Source: Obrimoposthia wandeli
Lineage: Eukaryota
NCBI GenBank assembly: GCA_977020255.1
Contig: CDROCS010000356.1
Span: forward strand, 310,001 to 374,000
Length of the DNA stretch: 64,000 nt
Direction of reading: 5' to 3'
Each line of letters starts with the position of its first letter. The first letter of the stretch is position 1. Made by a program: the position numbers and the translations under genes. The notes beneath the pieces are model-generated. The model had not been told where the DNA came from. It was given only the letters and a program-made list of their open reading frames with translations, and ran no database searches. This document shows, in pieces, positions 31,742 through 42,181 of the stretch.

Positions 31742-32816
31742 ACAAACACTCGATACCATTATCAGTAAAATAAATATAGTACACAATAGTATACAATCTG
31801 ATGTTATAAAAAGTGTAAGCAATGGATTGACTTTACGAAACTGGATTATTGGATATTATATCGTTGAGTATGAACAAAGTGGTTCTGATATCTCTAACTA
31901 TGGGGATAAAATCATCTCTACAATTGCATTAAAACTATCTCATATAAAAGGGATGTCTAATACAAACTTAAAGCTTTATAGACAGTTCTATTTAAATTAT
32001 AAACAAATTGGTCAGGCAGTGACTGACCAATTGAAAATATCAAATATAGAGATAAGTCAGGCAGTGACTGACTTATCTTTAAAAGTACCGACAGATAAAC
32101 TTTTAAGGACTTGCACTTTTACCCATTTTGTAGAATTAATCAAAATTGATGATGATTTAAAAAGAATTTTTTATGAAATAGAGACAATCAAGGGAAACTG
32201 GAGTGCAAGAGAACTAAAAAGACAGATAAATAGTCAAACTTATGAAAGAATAGGATTGAGTCTAAATAAAAAGCAGATGATAAACTCTATTCATCATATA
32301 AGTGAAAATTTTATCCCTTCACAAATTATAAAAGATCCGTATATTTTAGAATTTACAGGACTTGAACAAAAAATAAAATATAGTGAAAATGACCTTGAGA
32401 GTTCGCTTTTAAATCATCTTCAAGATTTTTTACTAGAACTTGGTAATGGGTTTTGTTTTGAAGCTAGACAAAAAAGAATTTCTATAGATAATGAACATGA
32501 CAAAATAGACTTGGTTTTTTATCATAGAATTTTAAAATGTCATATTTTAATAGATTTAAAAATAAGTGAATTTAGCCATGGTGATGTGGGACAGATGAAT
32601 TTTTATCTAAACTATTATAAAAATGAGATAACTCTAAAAGATGACAATCCTCCAATAGGATTAATTTTATGTGCAAATAAAAATCACACAAAAGTAGAGT
32701 ATGCAATAGCTGGACTTGATAATAACTTGTTTGTATCAAAATATAAAATAAATTTACCATCACAACAAGAGATAGAAGAATTTATAGAAGATGAATTGGA
32801 AGATTTGATAAAATGA
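31734..32816 (+). CDS. yhcG: YhcG/DUF1016 PD-(D/E)xK nuclease-domain protein
   Basis: NWIIGYYIVE, WSARELKRQI, KDPYILEF, FLLELG.GF.F.ARQ, IDLVFYH, IDLK, NPPIGLIL. Confidence 0.9.
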   Translation: MTRQTLDTIISKINIVHNSIQSDVIKSVSNGLTLRNWIIGYYIVEYEQSGSDISNYGDKIISTIALKLSHIKGMSNTNLKLYRQFYLNYKQIGQAVTDQLKISNIEISQAVTDLSLKVPTDKLLRTCTFTHFVELIKIDDDLKRIFYEIETIKGNWSARELKRQINSQTYERIGLSLNKKQMINSIHHISENFIPSQIIKDPYILEFTGLEQKIKYSENDLESSLLNHLQDFLLELGNGFCFEARQKRISIDNEHDKIDLVFYHRILKCHILIDLKISEFSHGDVGQMNFYLNYYKNEITLKDDNPPIGLILCANKNHTKVEYAIAGLDNNLFVSKYKINLPSQQEIEEFIEDELEDLIK

Positions 32817-34163
32817 GTGAGTTACTAGAGTTTTCAAAGTTCACAAATCTATCCAATTGGAGTGTATCTCATCTTTTAGAAAATAACTTTCAATACAATA
32901 AAAACTACAATTTAGAAAAAATAGGAAATTTTTTAAAACGAAATAAAACACAAGTAATACTAAATGACAGCACCGAATATAAAAGAGTAAAGATAAAACT
33001 TTACAATAAAGGTGTTCTCATAAGAGATAGAGAATTTGGGAAAAATATAAAAACAAAAAAACAGTTTCTTGTAAAAAAAGGTCAGTTTTTATTATCAAAA
33101 ATAGATGCTAGAAATGGTGCTTTTGGTATAGCTAACAATGAAGTACATGATGCTATTATCACAGCTGATTTTCTTGCTTATGATGTCGATACTGCAAGAA
33201 TAGAACCATATTTTTTGGTACTTATGACTACAACAAAAAAGTTTCAACAGTTTGCTCAAAGTGCAAGTAGTGGTACAACGGGAAGACAAAGAATAGATGA
33301 AAAGAAGTTTTTAGATGTAACGATACCATTACCTTCTTTGGAAATTCAAAAAAGAATAGTGGAAAACTATCAAGATAAAATAGATTTGTCAATTTTTCAA
33401 GACAAAGAGGTTGAACAAAAAGAGAAAGAAATTGAAAAATATTTGTATAAAGAGTTAGGTATTGAATTCATTGATAGTAACAAAACTGATGATAACAATT
33501 TGTTGAAATTTGTAAATTATAAAGATATTAATTATTGGAGTCTTGAGAAAATAAATCAAAAAATCAATATTATATCAAATAAATATAAGTTAGTTAATAT
33601 TAATTCAATATGCTCATTAATTACAGATGGTACTCATCAAACAACAAAATACACAGACTCAGGAATAAAATTCCTCTCTGCAAAAAATGTTACCAAAGAA
33701 ATAATTAATTGGAAGAATATTAAGTATGTTTCTCAAGAGTCACATAATAATTATTGTAAACGAGTTCAACCAAGTTTTGGAGATATTTTATTAGCAAAGA
33801 ATGGTACTACTGGAATAGGTGCAATTGTAGATTGTTATGAAGTTTTTTCAATATATGTGAGTCTGGCATTATTAAGAGTTAATCCAGATTTGATTTTTAA
33901 TAAGTATTTATTATTTTTAATCAATTCATCTATTTTAAGAAAACAATTTTAAATTATTGTCAACAGGAAGTGCGCAACCTAATTTAAATGCAGCTAAAGT
34001 GAAAAATTTTGAAGTTCCTTTGCCTTCCTTAGAAGTACAAAATAAGATTATTATTCAATTAAATATGTTGAAAAAAGAAATAGAAGATTTGAAAAAAAAG
34101 TCTTTGTTAAATGTAGAACAAGCATTAATAAAATTTGAAAAGGAAATTTTTAATGAAACTTAA
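32813..34163 (+). pseudogene. hsdS: HsdS-like specificity subunit, frameshifted at TTTT 33947-33950
   Basis: Two TRDs and two conserved PLPSLE.Q repeats; removing one T gives RKQFKLLSTGSAQPNL in frame. Confidence 0.85.
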
Positions 34164-34290
34164 AAAACTTTATATAGAAGAATATAAAAATTTAAATAGA
34201 TTTACATTAGACTTTACAAACAATGGAGGAACTACTGTATTAATAGGTAATGGAGGGGTAACTTAAATTCAGACACTTTATTTCACAATT

Positions 34291-35121
34291 CTAAGCTACC
34301 ATTTCCATTTGTAACATCTTAGTAACTTCTTCAAATCTAACAGGGGATAAATTTCTTAAATAACTATGTGATCTCGTTCTATTATAATAAAACTCAATAT
34401 ATTCAAATATCTCTTTTTTTGCTTGTTTTTTCGTATAAAAATATGTGCTATAAACAAGCTCTTGTTTTAATGATTTAAAAAAACTCTCTGCAACAGCATT
34501 ATCCCAACAATTCCCTTTTCTTGACATACTTTGAATTATTCCATGTTTAAGTAATAAATCTTTATGACTATATGATGCGTATTGAGAACCTCTATCTGTA
34601 TGCCACAATAAGCCTTTAGGAGGATTTCTATGGCTTATAGCCATTTTTAAAGCATCATTAACTAATGATACTTTCATAGTATCAGCCATAGACCAACCTA
34701 CAATTTTTCTTGAGTATAAATCAATAACAGTTGCGAGATATAACCAGCCTTCTCCTGTTGCTATGTAAGTGATATCTCCTACATATTTTTCATCAGGATT
34801 TGAAGCATAAAAATCTCTATTTAAAAGATTTGGTGCAATAGGTAAATTATGATTTGAATCAGTTGTATTTTTGTATCTACGTTTCATGTTGACTTTTAGG
34901 TTTAAATCTTTCAGTATATTAGATATACGTCTTCTTGATACTATAAGTCCATAGAGTTCTAGTAATTTATCTTTAATTCTCCTAGTACCATAGTTATTTC
35001 TACCTTGAATAAATATGGCTTCTATCAGACTATTAAGTTGTTTATCAACTTTTTTAATAAAACATCCAGCGTTAACCCAATGGTAATATGATGATTTATC
35101 TACTTTTATTACTTTACACAT
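34291..35121 (-). CDS. IS3 transposase OrfB (DDE)
   Basis: YVGDITY, VIDLYSR, HTDRGSQY, GNCWDNAVAESFF; its frame extends upstream as KYAWIQ. Confidence 0.93.
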   Translation of the reverse strand: MCKVIKVDKSSYYHWVNAGCFIKKVDKQLNSLIEAIFIQGRNNYGTRRIKDKLLELYGLIVSRRRISNILKDLNLKVNMKRRYKNTTDSNHNLPIAPNLLNRDFYASNPDEKYVGDITYIATGEGWLYLATVIDLYSRKIVGWSMADTMKVSLVNDALKMAISHRNPPKGLLWHTDRGSQYASYSHKDLLLKHGIIQSMSRKGNCWDNAVAESFFKSLKQELVYSTYFYTKKQAKKEIFEYIEFYYNRTRSHSYLRNLSPVRFEEVTKMLQMEMVA

Positions 35122-35168
35122 TAATTTGATACTAAAACTCTTTTGATTTCCTTGTATCCACGCATACT

Positions 35169-35459
35169 TTATAGAGTTTCTTTTGCAAAGTATGCTGTTG
35201 CTTTTTTTAATATATCACGCTCTTGTTTCAGTATCTTATTCTCACGACGAAGTCTTTTAAGTTCTTCTTCTATTGGTTCTTTTGGAATGGAAATATTATT
35301 GTCATTCAATGGAAGATTATGTACTTTTCTATAGGCACTTACCCAATTATATAATGTTTGTGGATTTAAATCTAAATCGGATGCTACTTTTACAACCGAT
35401 TCCTTCTCGTTTAATATCAACTGTACTGTTGAATCCTTAAATTCTTTACTATATTTCAT
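35169..35459 (-). CDS. IS3 transposase OrfA (HTH + leucine zipper)
   Basis: YSKEFK, VASDLDLNPQTLYNWV, ELKRLRRENKILKQERDILKKATAYFAKE. Confidence 0.92.
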   Translation of the reverse strand: MKYSKEFKDSTVQLILNEKESVVKVASDLDLNPQTLYNWVSAYRKVHNLPLNDNNISIPKEPIEEELKRLRRENKILKQERDILKKATAYFAKETL

Positions 35460-36671
35460 TTCTTACCTTTATTCATTTATTTTACTTAAATCTCTTTAAG
35501 TTTTTTGTCTGAATTTAGGTTACCACTCCAGGGTTAGTTAAAAATCGTGAACTAATGCGATTTATATCTAATATTATAGATGATGAAAATAAAATTAATT
35601 ATTCAACACTTCTAAAATATTTTAATTCTCAACTTCCCAATACAAAACAGGATTTTTTAAATTATTTTTTAAATTGTAAATCAAGACAATTAATTGATAT
35701 GACAGAACTAAATGAACAAAACATATCAAGTGAAGGTGAGCAAAAACTAGATTTAATTGAATTACTATTGGATATGTTAGCAGAAAAAAACACATTGATT
35801 TTAATTGATGAGATAGATTCACATATACATGTAGCAAATAAGAAAAAAATTAAAGAATTAATTAAAAAAACAGACGATATTGAAAATGAAATAATCTTAG
35901 TAACTCATTCGCCAACACTAACACATACTTTTGATAGTAAACATATCTCAATGATAGTAGATGGTAAAGTAGAAGATAAAACAAAACAAGAGATGTTTTC
36001 TCATATTACAGATGGGATATTTAATTATCAAGAACAATCTATATTTTTATCATCAACAAAAGATATTATTTTAATAGTAGAAGGGAAACACGATAAGATA
36101 CATATTGAAGAAGCGTTTAAAAGATTGAAAGACGAATTTGTTGGATTGAATTTTGATATATTTTCTGTAGATGGAGCAGATAATATTAATCAATTATTAA
36201 TCGGTATTAAATCATCTTTTAGAATGTTTGATAAAACAAAAAAGTATATTGGTTTATTTGATTGTGATGAAAAAGGAAGAGATATTGTTGGTAAAAATGC
36301 AAGAAGAACAAAATTTGTTTCTATTGGAAAAAGTAAAAACTTTTATCATATGTATTTACCATTTGAATGATACGAAAAAGATTTTGAAATTGAAAATATG
36401 TATAAAGATAATATATTGCAACAGGCATACATAAAAGCTATTAATCTTACAACCGTAAATATTAATAAAAATACAATTGAAAAAGAAGCAAAAAATCAAT
36501 TATCTCTAATGGCTCAAAATGATTTAGTTGATAGTGATTTTGAACATTTTAAAGAATTTTTTACATTAATAGGAAAAGTTAAAGATTTATAAACTAATAA
36601 ATAAATCTTTTCAGAATAAGTATATGATTAATTAGTTAGTCATATAAATTATCCTTAGAATTTAATTTTTT

Positions 36672-37889
36672 CTAACCTAACTTATCAGTCAAACCTTTGC
36701 CAAAAGCTTCTTCTATATAAGGAGAAATTTTCCATTCATTTTTGAACTCAATATACTGTTTAACTACTTTATCTACATTTGGAGTTTCTTCAAAGAAGGC
36801 TCTGATCATGATATTTTTAGGAGTATGTTCCATATCTATGAACTCTAACACTTGAGTACGATAACCCATAATTTCTAATACATTAGCTCTCACACTATCA
36901 GTAAGCAACGAAGCTAGTTTTTCTTTTATGATTCCATATTTCATCATAGGAATCATTTTCTCATTTTTTATTTTCTTTAAGAATTCATGTTGACAACATG
37001 GAACTGCTAAAATAACTTTAGCTCCCCAGTTAACAGCTTTTGCTAACGCTTCATCTGTTGCAGTATTACAAGCATGCAAAGATATAACCATATCTACATT
37101 TGTAAATTGATCAAAACCTTTGATATCACCTTGTTCAAATCGTAAATCTTTAAAGTTTAATTTTTTTGCTAAATCAGAACAAAATGAGATAACATTTTCT
37201 TTTAAATCAAGTCCAACAATCTCTACGTTGTATCCCATTTTTAATACAAGATAATCATACAGTGCAAAAGTAAGATACGCTTTTCCACATCCAAAATCAA
37301 TGATTCTGATAGTTTTACTCTTATCTAAATAAGGGATACAATCAGATACTAACTCTAAATAACGATTGATTTGTTTAAACTTGTCATACTTAGCATTTAC
37401 TATTTTACCTTGCTGCGTCATGATTCCAAGTTCTATTAAAAATGGTGTTAGTTCACCTTCATTTAAAATATATTTTTTCTTTTTATTATGAGTTGGTTCT
37501 TCAAAGACTCTTGTAGCTGTTTTTGTATGGATTTTAGCAACGCCTTGTTTACTAATAAGTATTTGATAATCGTGACCCACAGTATTTATAACCGCTTGTT
37601 TAAAATATGTTTCTAGTAGTTGAGACATTTCAATTTTTGTTTCTTCATTACTTAAATTTTTATGTTCTACATTTTTATCATAAAAATATTCAAATTGATG
37701 TTTTTCTTCATTTTTGATAATTACTTTTTTTATAGTTACTTTATTAAAAGTTTTTTCACTCTTATTTCTTATACCACTAAAAACAGCTTTTATTATCGTT
37801 TCTTCGTTTGTTACTTTTTCCATCAATTCAATTATATTTTGCATAATGTTTAAAATTCCTTTTAAAATTTCTTTTTCGTATAATAGCAA
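36672..37889 (-). CDS. SAM-dependent methyltransferase (Methyltrans_32-like); its 3' end is island-derived
   Basis: IIDFGCGKAYLTF, SLHACNTATD, VPCCQHE; true start may be MQNIIE. Confidence 0.85.
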   Translation of the reverse strand: MLLYEKEILKGILNIMQNIIELMEKVTNEETIIKAVFSGIRNKSEKTFNKVTIKKVIIKNEEKHQFEYFYDKNVEHKNLSNEETKIEMSQLLETYFKQAVINTVGHDYQILISKQGVAKIHTKTATRVFEEPTHNKKKKYILNEGELTPFLIELGIMTQQGKIVNAKYDKFKQINRYLELVSDCIPYLDKSKTIRIIDFGCGKAYLTFALYDYLVLKMGYNVEIVGLDLKENVISFCSDLAKKLNFKDLRFEQGDIKGFDQFTNVDMVISLHACNTATDEALAKAVNWGAKVILAVPCCQHEFLKKIKNEKMIPMMKYGIIKEKLASLLTDSVRANVLEIMGYRTQVLEFIDMEHTPKNIMIRAFFEETPNVDKVVKQYIEFKNEWKISPYIEEAFGKGLTDKLG

Positions 37890-37984
37890 AACACACTTTC
37901 ATTATCACTATAATCTATTTTTAGGATATAAAGTATAGTTAAATTTGATATAATTTGATATAACAAGTAAAAGTAGGATTTATT

Positions 37985-39061
37985 TTGAAAATATTAATAA
38001 TTTTATTAGTCTTAAATTTCTCTTTATTCAGTAACCAAACAAAAGCAACTAATACTATTTCTAAAAAAATAGTTTTTATAAATCCTGGAAAATCAAATGA
38101 AATTTTTTGGGTTAATGTTAGTAAATTCATGAGAGCAGCTGCAAATGATTTTGGATTTGACCTCAAAATTATTTATGCCCAAAGAAATCATTTTAAAATG
38201 ATTAAAATCATGCAAGAGATAGTGACACAAAAAGTAAAACCAGATTTTTTGATAATTGTAAATGAAAACAATATGGCAGATAAGTTATTAAAAATAAGTA
38301 ACGAACATAAAATTAAAACGATGCTTATTTTAAATGATTTATCAAAACAACAAAAAACTGCATTTGGTAAACCTCGTGGATATTTTCCTTATTGGATTGG
38401 TAGTATAATTCCAGATAATATTCAAGCAGGGTACCTAATAGCTCAAAGTTTAATCAAAAACTCAAAGAACAAAAATATTAATATGATTGCTATTAATGGA
38501 GATGAATCAACATTTGCAGCACGTCAAAGGTACTTAGGTCTTCAAAAAGCCTTAAATGAAAATCCTCAAGTTAATTTTTACCAACACTTTACAGCAAACT
38601 GGAGAGAAGATATATCTGCTCAAATTACAAAAAGAGCCTTAAAAAGATATCCTGATACAAATGTAATATGGACAGCAAGTGATCCTATGGCATTAGGTGC
38701 AATTAAAACAAAAGAGAATAAAAACATATTAGTAAGTGGTTTAAATTGGTCACAAGACGCTCTTCAAGCTATAAAAAATGATGAGATGGTAGCTTCTGTG
38801 GGTGGACATTATATGATTGGTGGTTGGTCTATAGTTTTATTATATGATTATATACATGGTAAAGATTTTATTAATGAATCTGTGGAGTTAAAAGAACATA
38901 TTTTTAGTACTATTAACAAATCTAATTATAAAAAATATCAAAAATATTTTAAAAATGAAAATTTTGAACAACTAGATTTCAAAAAATTTTCTAAAGTAGA
39001 AAATGATAGTCTAAAAAAATATAATTTTTCATTAGAAAAAACACTAGGACAGTTAAAATGA
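37985..39061 (+). CDS. Periplasmic binding protein (type I, sugar-binding-like) coupled to a GGDEF gene
   Basis: Signal peptide; FINPGKSNEIFW, SDPMALGA, GGHYMIGGW; ATGA overlap with the next gene. Confidence 0.75.
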   Translation: MKILIILLVLNFSLFSNQTKATNTISKKIVFINPGKSNEIFWVNVSKFMRAAANDFGFDLKIIYAQRNHFKMIKIMQEIVTQKVKPDFLIIVNENNMADKLLKISNEHKIKTMLILNDLSKQQKTAFGKPRGYFPYWIGSIIPDNIQAGYLIAQSLIKNSKNKNINMIAINGDESTFAARQRYLGLQKALNENPQVNFYQHFTANWREDISAQITKRALKRYPDTNVIWTASDPMALGAIKTKENKNILVSGLNWSQDALQAIKNDEMVASVGGHYMIGGWSIVLLYDYIHGKDFINESVELKEHIFSTINKSNYKKYQKYFKNENFEQLDFKKFSKVENDSLKKYNFSLEKTLGQLK

Positions 39062-40866
39062 TAATAAGACTTTTAATAATTTTAATTTTTTATAATAGTT
39101 TCCTTTTTGCAACACATAAAGGTATTTCCCAAAAAGAGTGGGAAAATAGCACTTCAAAAATAAAACTAGAAAAAAAATTACAGTACATAGTTTCGGCTAC
39201 TCAAAAACCAATTTATCAATTAAGATTTGAACTTTTAAAAAACATTATTACTCCACTGATTGATAGTCCGGAAATAAGTGCAGTAGTTATTTCAGATAAC
39301 TTTTCTGAAGTGCCATTTTTAACTGCTTATAAAACAAATAAAACAATCAAAATAGATATCAATAAAAAAGAAAAACAATTAGATGAGTCATTGTACTTTA
39401 GTCTAAAATCAAAAATGATTTATGAAAATATCCATATTGCAAATGTTACTCTTTATATTGAAAAAGCAAAAACAAGAATTCCAGATAAAAAAGATTTAAT
39501 TATTCCTCTAAATTTAACGAAAGAAGAAGTGACCTATTTAGAAGGGAAAAAAGAACTCAAAATATGTACTCTACCAAATGCTTTACCATATGAGAAAATA
39601 GTACAAAATAATACACATATAGGAATCTTTTCAGATATTGTAAAGTTAATAGAAAAGAATCTAAATATACCTATTACACTTGTACGAACAGCATCATTCA
39701 TGGAGTCTCTTTCATACATTAAAACACGAAAATGTGATATGTTTACAGGTATGATGAAAACTCCTCAAAGAGAAACTTACATAAACTTTACAAATCCATA
39801 TTTACGTCAACCTTTAGTAATTGCAACCAATAATAAAAAAGTTTTTATAGATAATACTGATGAATTATTTCACAAAAAAGTAGGAATAATAAAAGAGTAT
39901 GCTTTTTTAAAAATATTAAAAAATAAATATCCTGATATCTATTTTATGGAAGTTGATAATGCTATAGATGGTTTAGAAAATGTAAATAATAACCAGCTCT
40001 TTGCTTTTATTGATACTTTACCAAGTATAGCTTATTATATAAAAAAGAATCTATTTACAAATTTAAAAATATCAGGAAAACTAGAAGAATACATTGAAAT
40101 AAGATCAGCATCAAGATCCGATGAACCAATTTTAAATGTTATTTTACAAAAAGCTCATAATGCAATCAGCCGTAACACAATAGAATCTATAGTAAAAAAG
40201 TGGTCAGATACAAATATACAACAAGTAACTGATTTTCAATATTTAATAGAAATTGTAATCATGTTTATAATAATTATATTAATAACACTATTTTGGATGA
40301 AAAAATTATCTAATACAAATAAAAAGTTAGAAGAGTCACACAAAAAACTAGAAATATTAGCTTCAACTGATTCTATGACGGGATTATATAATCGAGGATA
40401 TTTCAACAAAGTATCTAATCATCTTTTATCTTTAGCAAAAAGAAATCAAACAAACCTATCTGTGATTATGTTGGATATTGATAATTTTAAAAGTGTAAAT
40501 GATACCTATGGACATAGTATAGGTGATGTAGTCATAATATCTCTGGCAAAAAGAATAAAAGAACTTCATAGAAAGAGTGACTTAAGTTGTAGATTTGGTG
40601 GGGAAGAATTTGTCTTATTATTAGATAATACTGCCGTTGAAAATGCATTATTATTGGCAGAAAAAATTAGATGTGAAACAGAAAAGATAGAAATAAAAGT
40701 TGCAAAAGATAAAGTTTTGAAGTTTACTGTTAGTATTGGAGTATCGTCTGTGCAAGTTACACATGAAAATAATATTGAAGATGCCATCAAAAGAGCAGAT
40801 GATGCAATGTATATAGCAAAAGAAAATGGCAAAAATAAAGTTTGCATAGATGATTATTGTATATAG
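39058..40866 (+). CDS. Diguanylate cyclase with PBPb sensor
   Basis: TDSMTGLYNR, DIDNFKSVNDTYGH, RFGGEEF, ADDAMYIAK. Confidence 0.9.
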   Translation: MIIRLLIILIFYNSFLFATHKGISQKEWENSTSKIKLEKKLQYIVSATQKPIYQLRFELLKNIITPLIDSPEISAVVISDNFSEVPFLTAYKTNKTIKIDINKKEKQLDESLYFSLKSKMIYENIHIANVTLYIEKAKTRIPDKKDLIIPLNLTKEEVTYLEGKKELKICTLPNALPYEKIVQNNTHIGIFSDIVKLIEKNLNIPITLVRTASFMESLSYIKTRKCDMFTGMMKTPQRETYINFTNPYLRQPLVIATNNKKVFIDNTDELFHKKVGIIKEYAFLKILKNKYPDIYFMEVDNAIDGLENVNNNQLFAFIDTLPSIAYYIKKNLFTNLKISGKLEEYIEIRSASRSDEPILNVILQKAHNAISRNTIESIVKKWSDTNIQQVTDFQYLIEIVIMFIIIILITLFWMKKLSNTNKKLEESHKKLEILASTDSMTGLYNRGYFNKVSNHLLSLAKRNQTNLSVIMLDIDNFKSVNDTYGHSIGDVVIISLAKRIKELHRKSDLSCRFGGEEFVLLLDNTAVENALLLAEKIRCETEKIEIKVAKDKVLKFTVSIGVSSVQVTHENNIEDAIKRADDAMYIAKENGKNKVCIDDYCI

Positions 40867-40899
40867 TTGTGAATATAATTACAATGGAGATAAATAACA

Positions 40900-41247
40900 G
40901 TGAAAATTTCTTATCATCGTAGACGTAAAATAAAAACAAGAAGAATAGCTTTGAGGGATTTGCTTTTACGAGGAATTGAAGATCCAAAAGATTTGGCAAA
41001 AGAATTAAAAGTCACCATACCCACAATAAAAAGAGATTTAGAAGCCCTTCCCCGCATGAGAGAAGAAGACTTTACTTTTGAGGTGAGACAAACATCACAA
41101 GAGATACTTGATAAAAAAGAAACTATACTCAGTATGCTAGATGATGAAGAGTACTATAATGAAAATGGTGAAATAAATATATCAAAAATAACAGAAGAAC
41201 TCAATACAAGTAGAGCAACAGTAATGTCAGTTTTAAATGGAGGGTAA
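40900..41247 (+). CDS. Small protein with two predicted HTH motifs
   Basis: PKDLAKELKVTIPTIKRDL and ISKITEELNTSRATVMSVL; GTG start. Confidence 0.6.
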   Translation: MKISYHRRRKIKTRRIALRDLLLRGIEDPKDLAKELKVTIPTIKRDLEALPRMREEDFTFEVRQTSQEILDKKETILSMLDDEEYYNENGEINISKITEELNTSRATVMSVLNGG

Positions 41248-41258
41248 CACTACTCCTT

Positions 41259-42074
41259 CTACCACCAAGTTATAAAAAAACTTTTGGTAGTATTCTCTTC
41301 TTTATCTCTTAACCAAACAAGAGGAGATTTTTCACGATTAAGAATCAATTCTATTTCATCTATTACCTCATCAAAATAAAACCATATTCCGTTTGTACTA
41401 GAGTCACTAACCCAGTCAAATTTATCTGGTAAATAATATTCAAAAGAACGAAACCTTTTTTCGGATAAAAATTCTTTATATTTAAGGTAAAAACCTCTTA
41501 CACAAGCATCATCGATCACAGGTATATTTTTATCTTTTAAATGTAAAGGAAGATAGATATTACCCTTGAAACAAATTTTTTGTTCAAAAGAATCTATATC
41601 GATATCATCTAAATACTCTTTTGTAACATCATTGAATAAAAGAGGTAATTGTCTATTTTTTAGCTTTGCAAGTTTTTTTACAAAGGTATCATTTTTATTT
41701 GGTCCGATATACCTATCTATCTCATTTTCAATAGAGTCATCATACAGATAAAACTTGTAAACATGTTCTATATGTATATATTTTTCTGTTTTTTTATCAT
41801 AAATTATAAAATCTAATTCACCAAAGGTATGTTTATCTTTTATGATTTGTATATTATTTTTTATCAATTCATAGTTTTTTGACTGATTAATATAGAATTC
41901 TAAAAAACGCTCTACTCTACTTCCTAAAGTTAGTTTTTGCGTAATTTCCAATTTTGTTAAATCAAAACTATTTATTTCATTTATATCTAATATGAACTGG
42001 CTCAGTCCATTGAGTTCTTTAAATAAAGAAGGTGTATTCATATATCCTAGAAATTGTGTTTTTAAATTATCCAT
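41259..42074 (-). CDS. DUF1853-family protein
   Basis: LGSRVERFL, TFGELDFI, KFYL, IGPN. Confidence 0.8.
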   Translation of the reverse strand: MDNLKTQFLGYMNTPSLFKELNGLSQFILDINEINSFDLTKLEITQKLTLGSRVERFLEFYINQSKNYELIKNNIQIIKDKHTFGELDFIIYDKKTEKYIHIEHVYKFYLYDDSIENEIDRYIGPNKNDTFVKKLAKLKNRQLPLLFNDVTKEYLDDIDIDSFEQKICFKGNIYLPLHLKDKNIPVIDDACVRGFYLKYKEFLSEKRFRSFEYYLPDKFDWVSDSSTNGIWFYFDEVIDEIELILNREKSPLVWLRDKEENTTKSFFITWW

Positions 42075-42181
42075 TTAACATCATACTCAAAATTAAATTA
42101 ATCATTATAGTATAAGTAAAAATCAGAATCAGTTGATACAATACAAAAACGTAATTATAGTAAAAAGTAAAGGCAACATAG

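Larger units (their letters stand above)
34251..35530 (-). mobile_element. IS3-family insertion sequence, 1280 bp
   Basis: Terminal IRs TGGAG(G/T)GGTAAC(T/C)TAAATTCAGACA with TG...CA ends; orfA and orfB in -1 frame. Confidence 0.93.
34153..36592 (+). pseudogene. OLD-like ABC-ATPase/TOPRIM nuclease disrupted by IS3, an adjacent deletion and a premature TGA
   Basis: N-terminus MKLKKLYIEEYKNL..TVLIG cut at 34250. After 35531: SEGEQK, LIDEIDSHIH, VTHSP, IVEGKHD, LFDCD. TGA at 36368-36370 is followed in frame by YEKDFEIENMY. Confidence 0.8.
29288..36937. mobile_element. Integrase-less defence island bounded by a duplicated gene 3' end
   Basis: Perfect 29 bp CGAAGCTAGTTTTTCTTTTATGATTCCAT at 29288-29316 and 36909-36937 (7621 bp apart); cargo runs opposite to the host gene. 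Confidence 0.8.

Noticed and set aside
35555-36370. 271 aa ORF as a complete ATPase
   Set aside because: It lacks Walker A; it is the middle fragment of the IS-disrupted OLD-like gene
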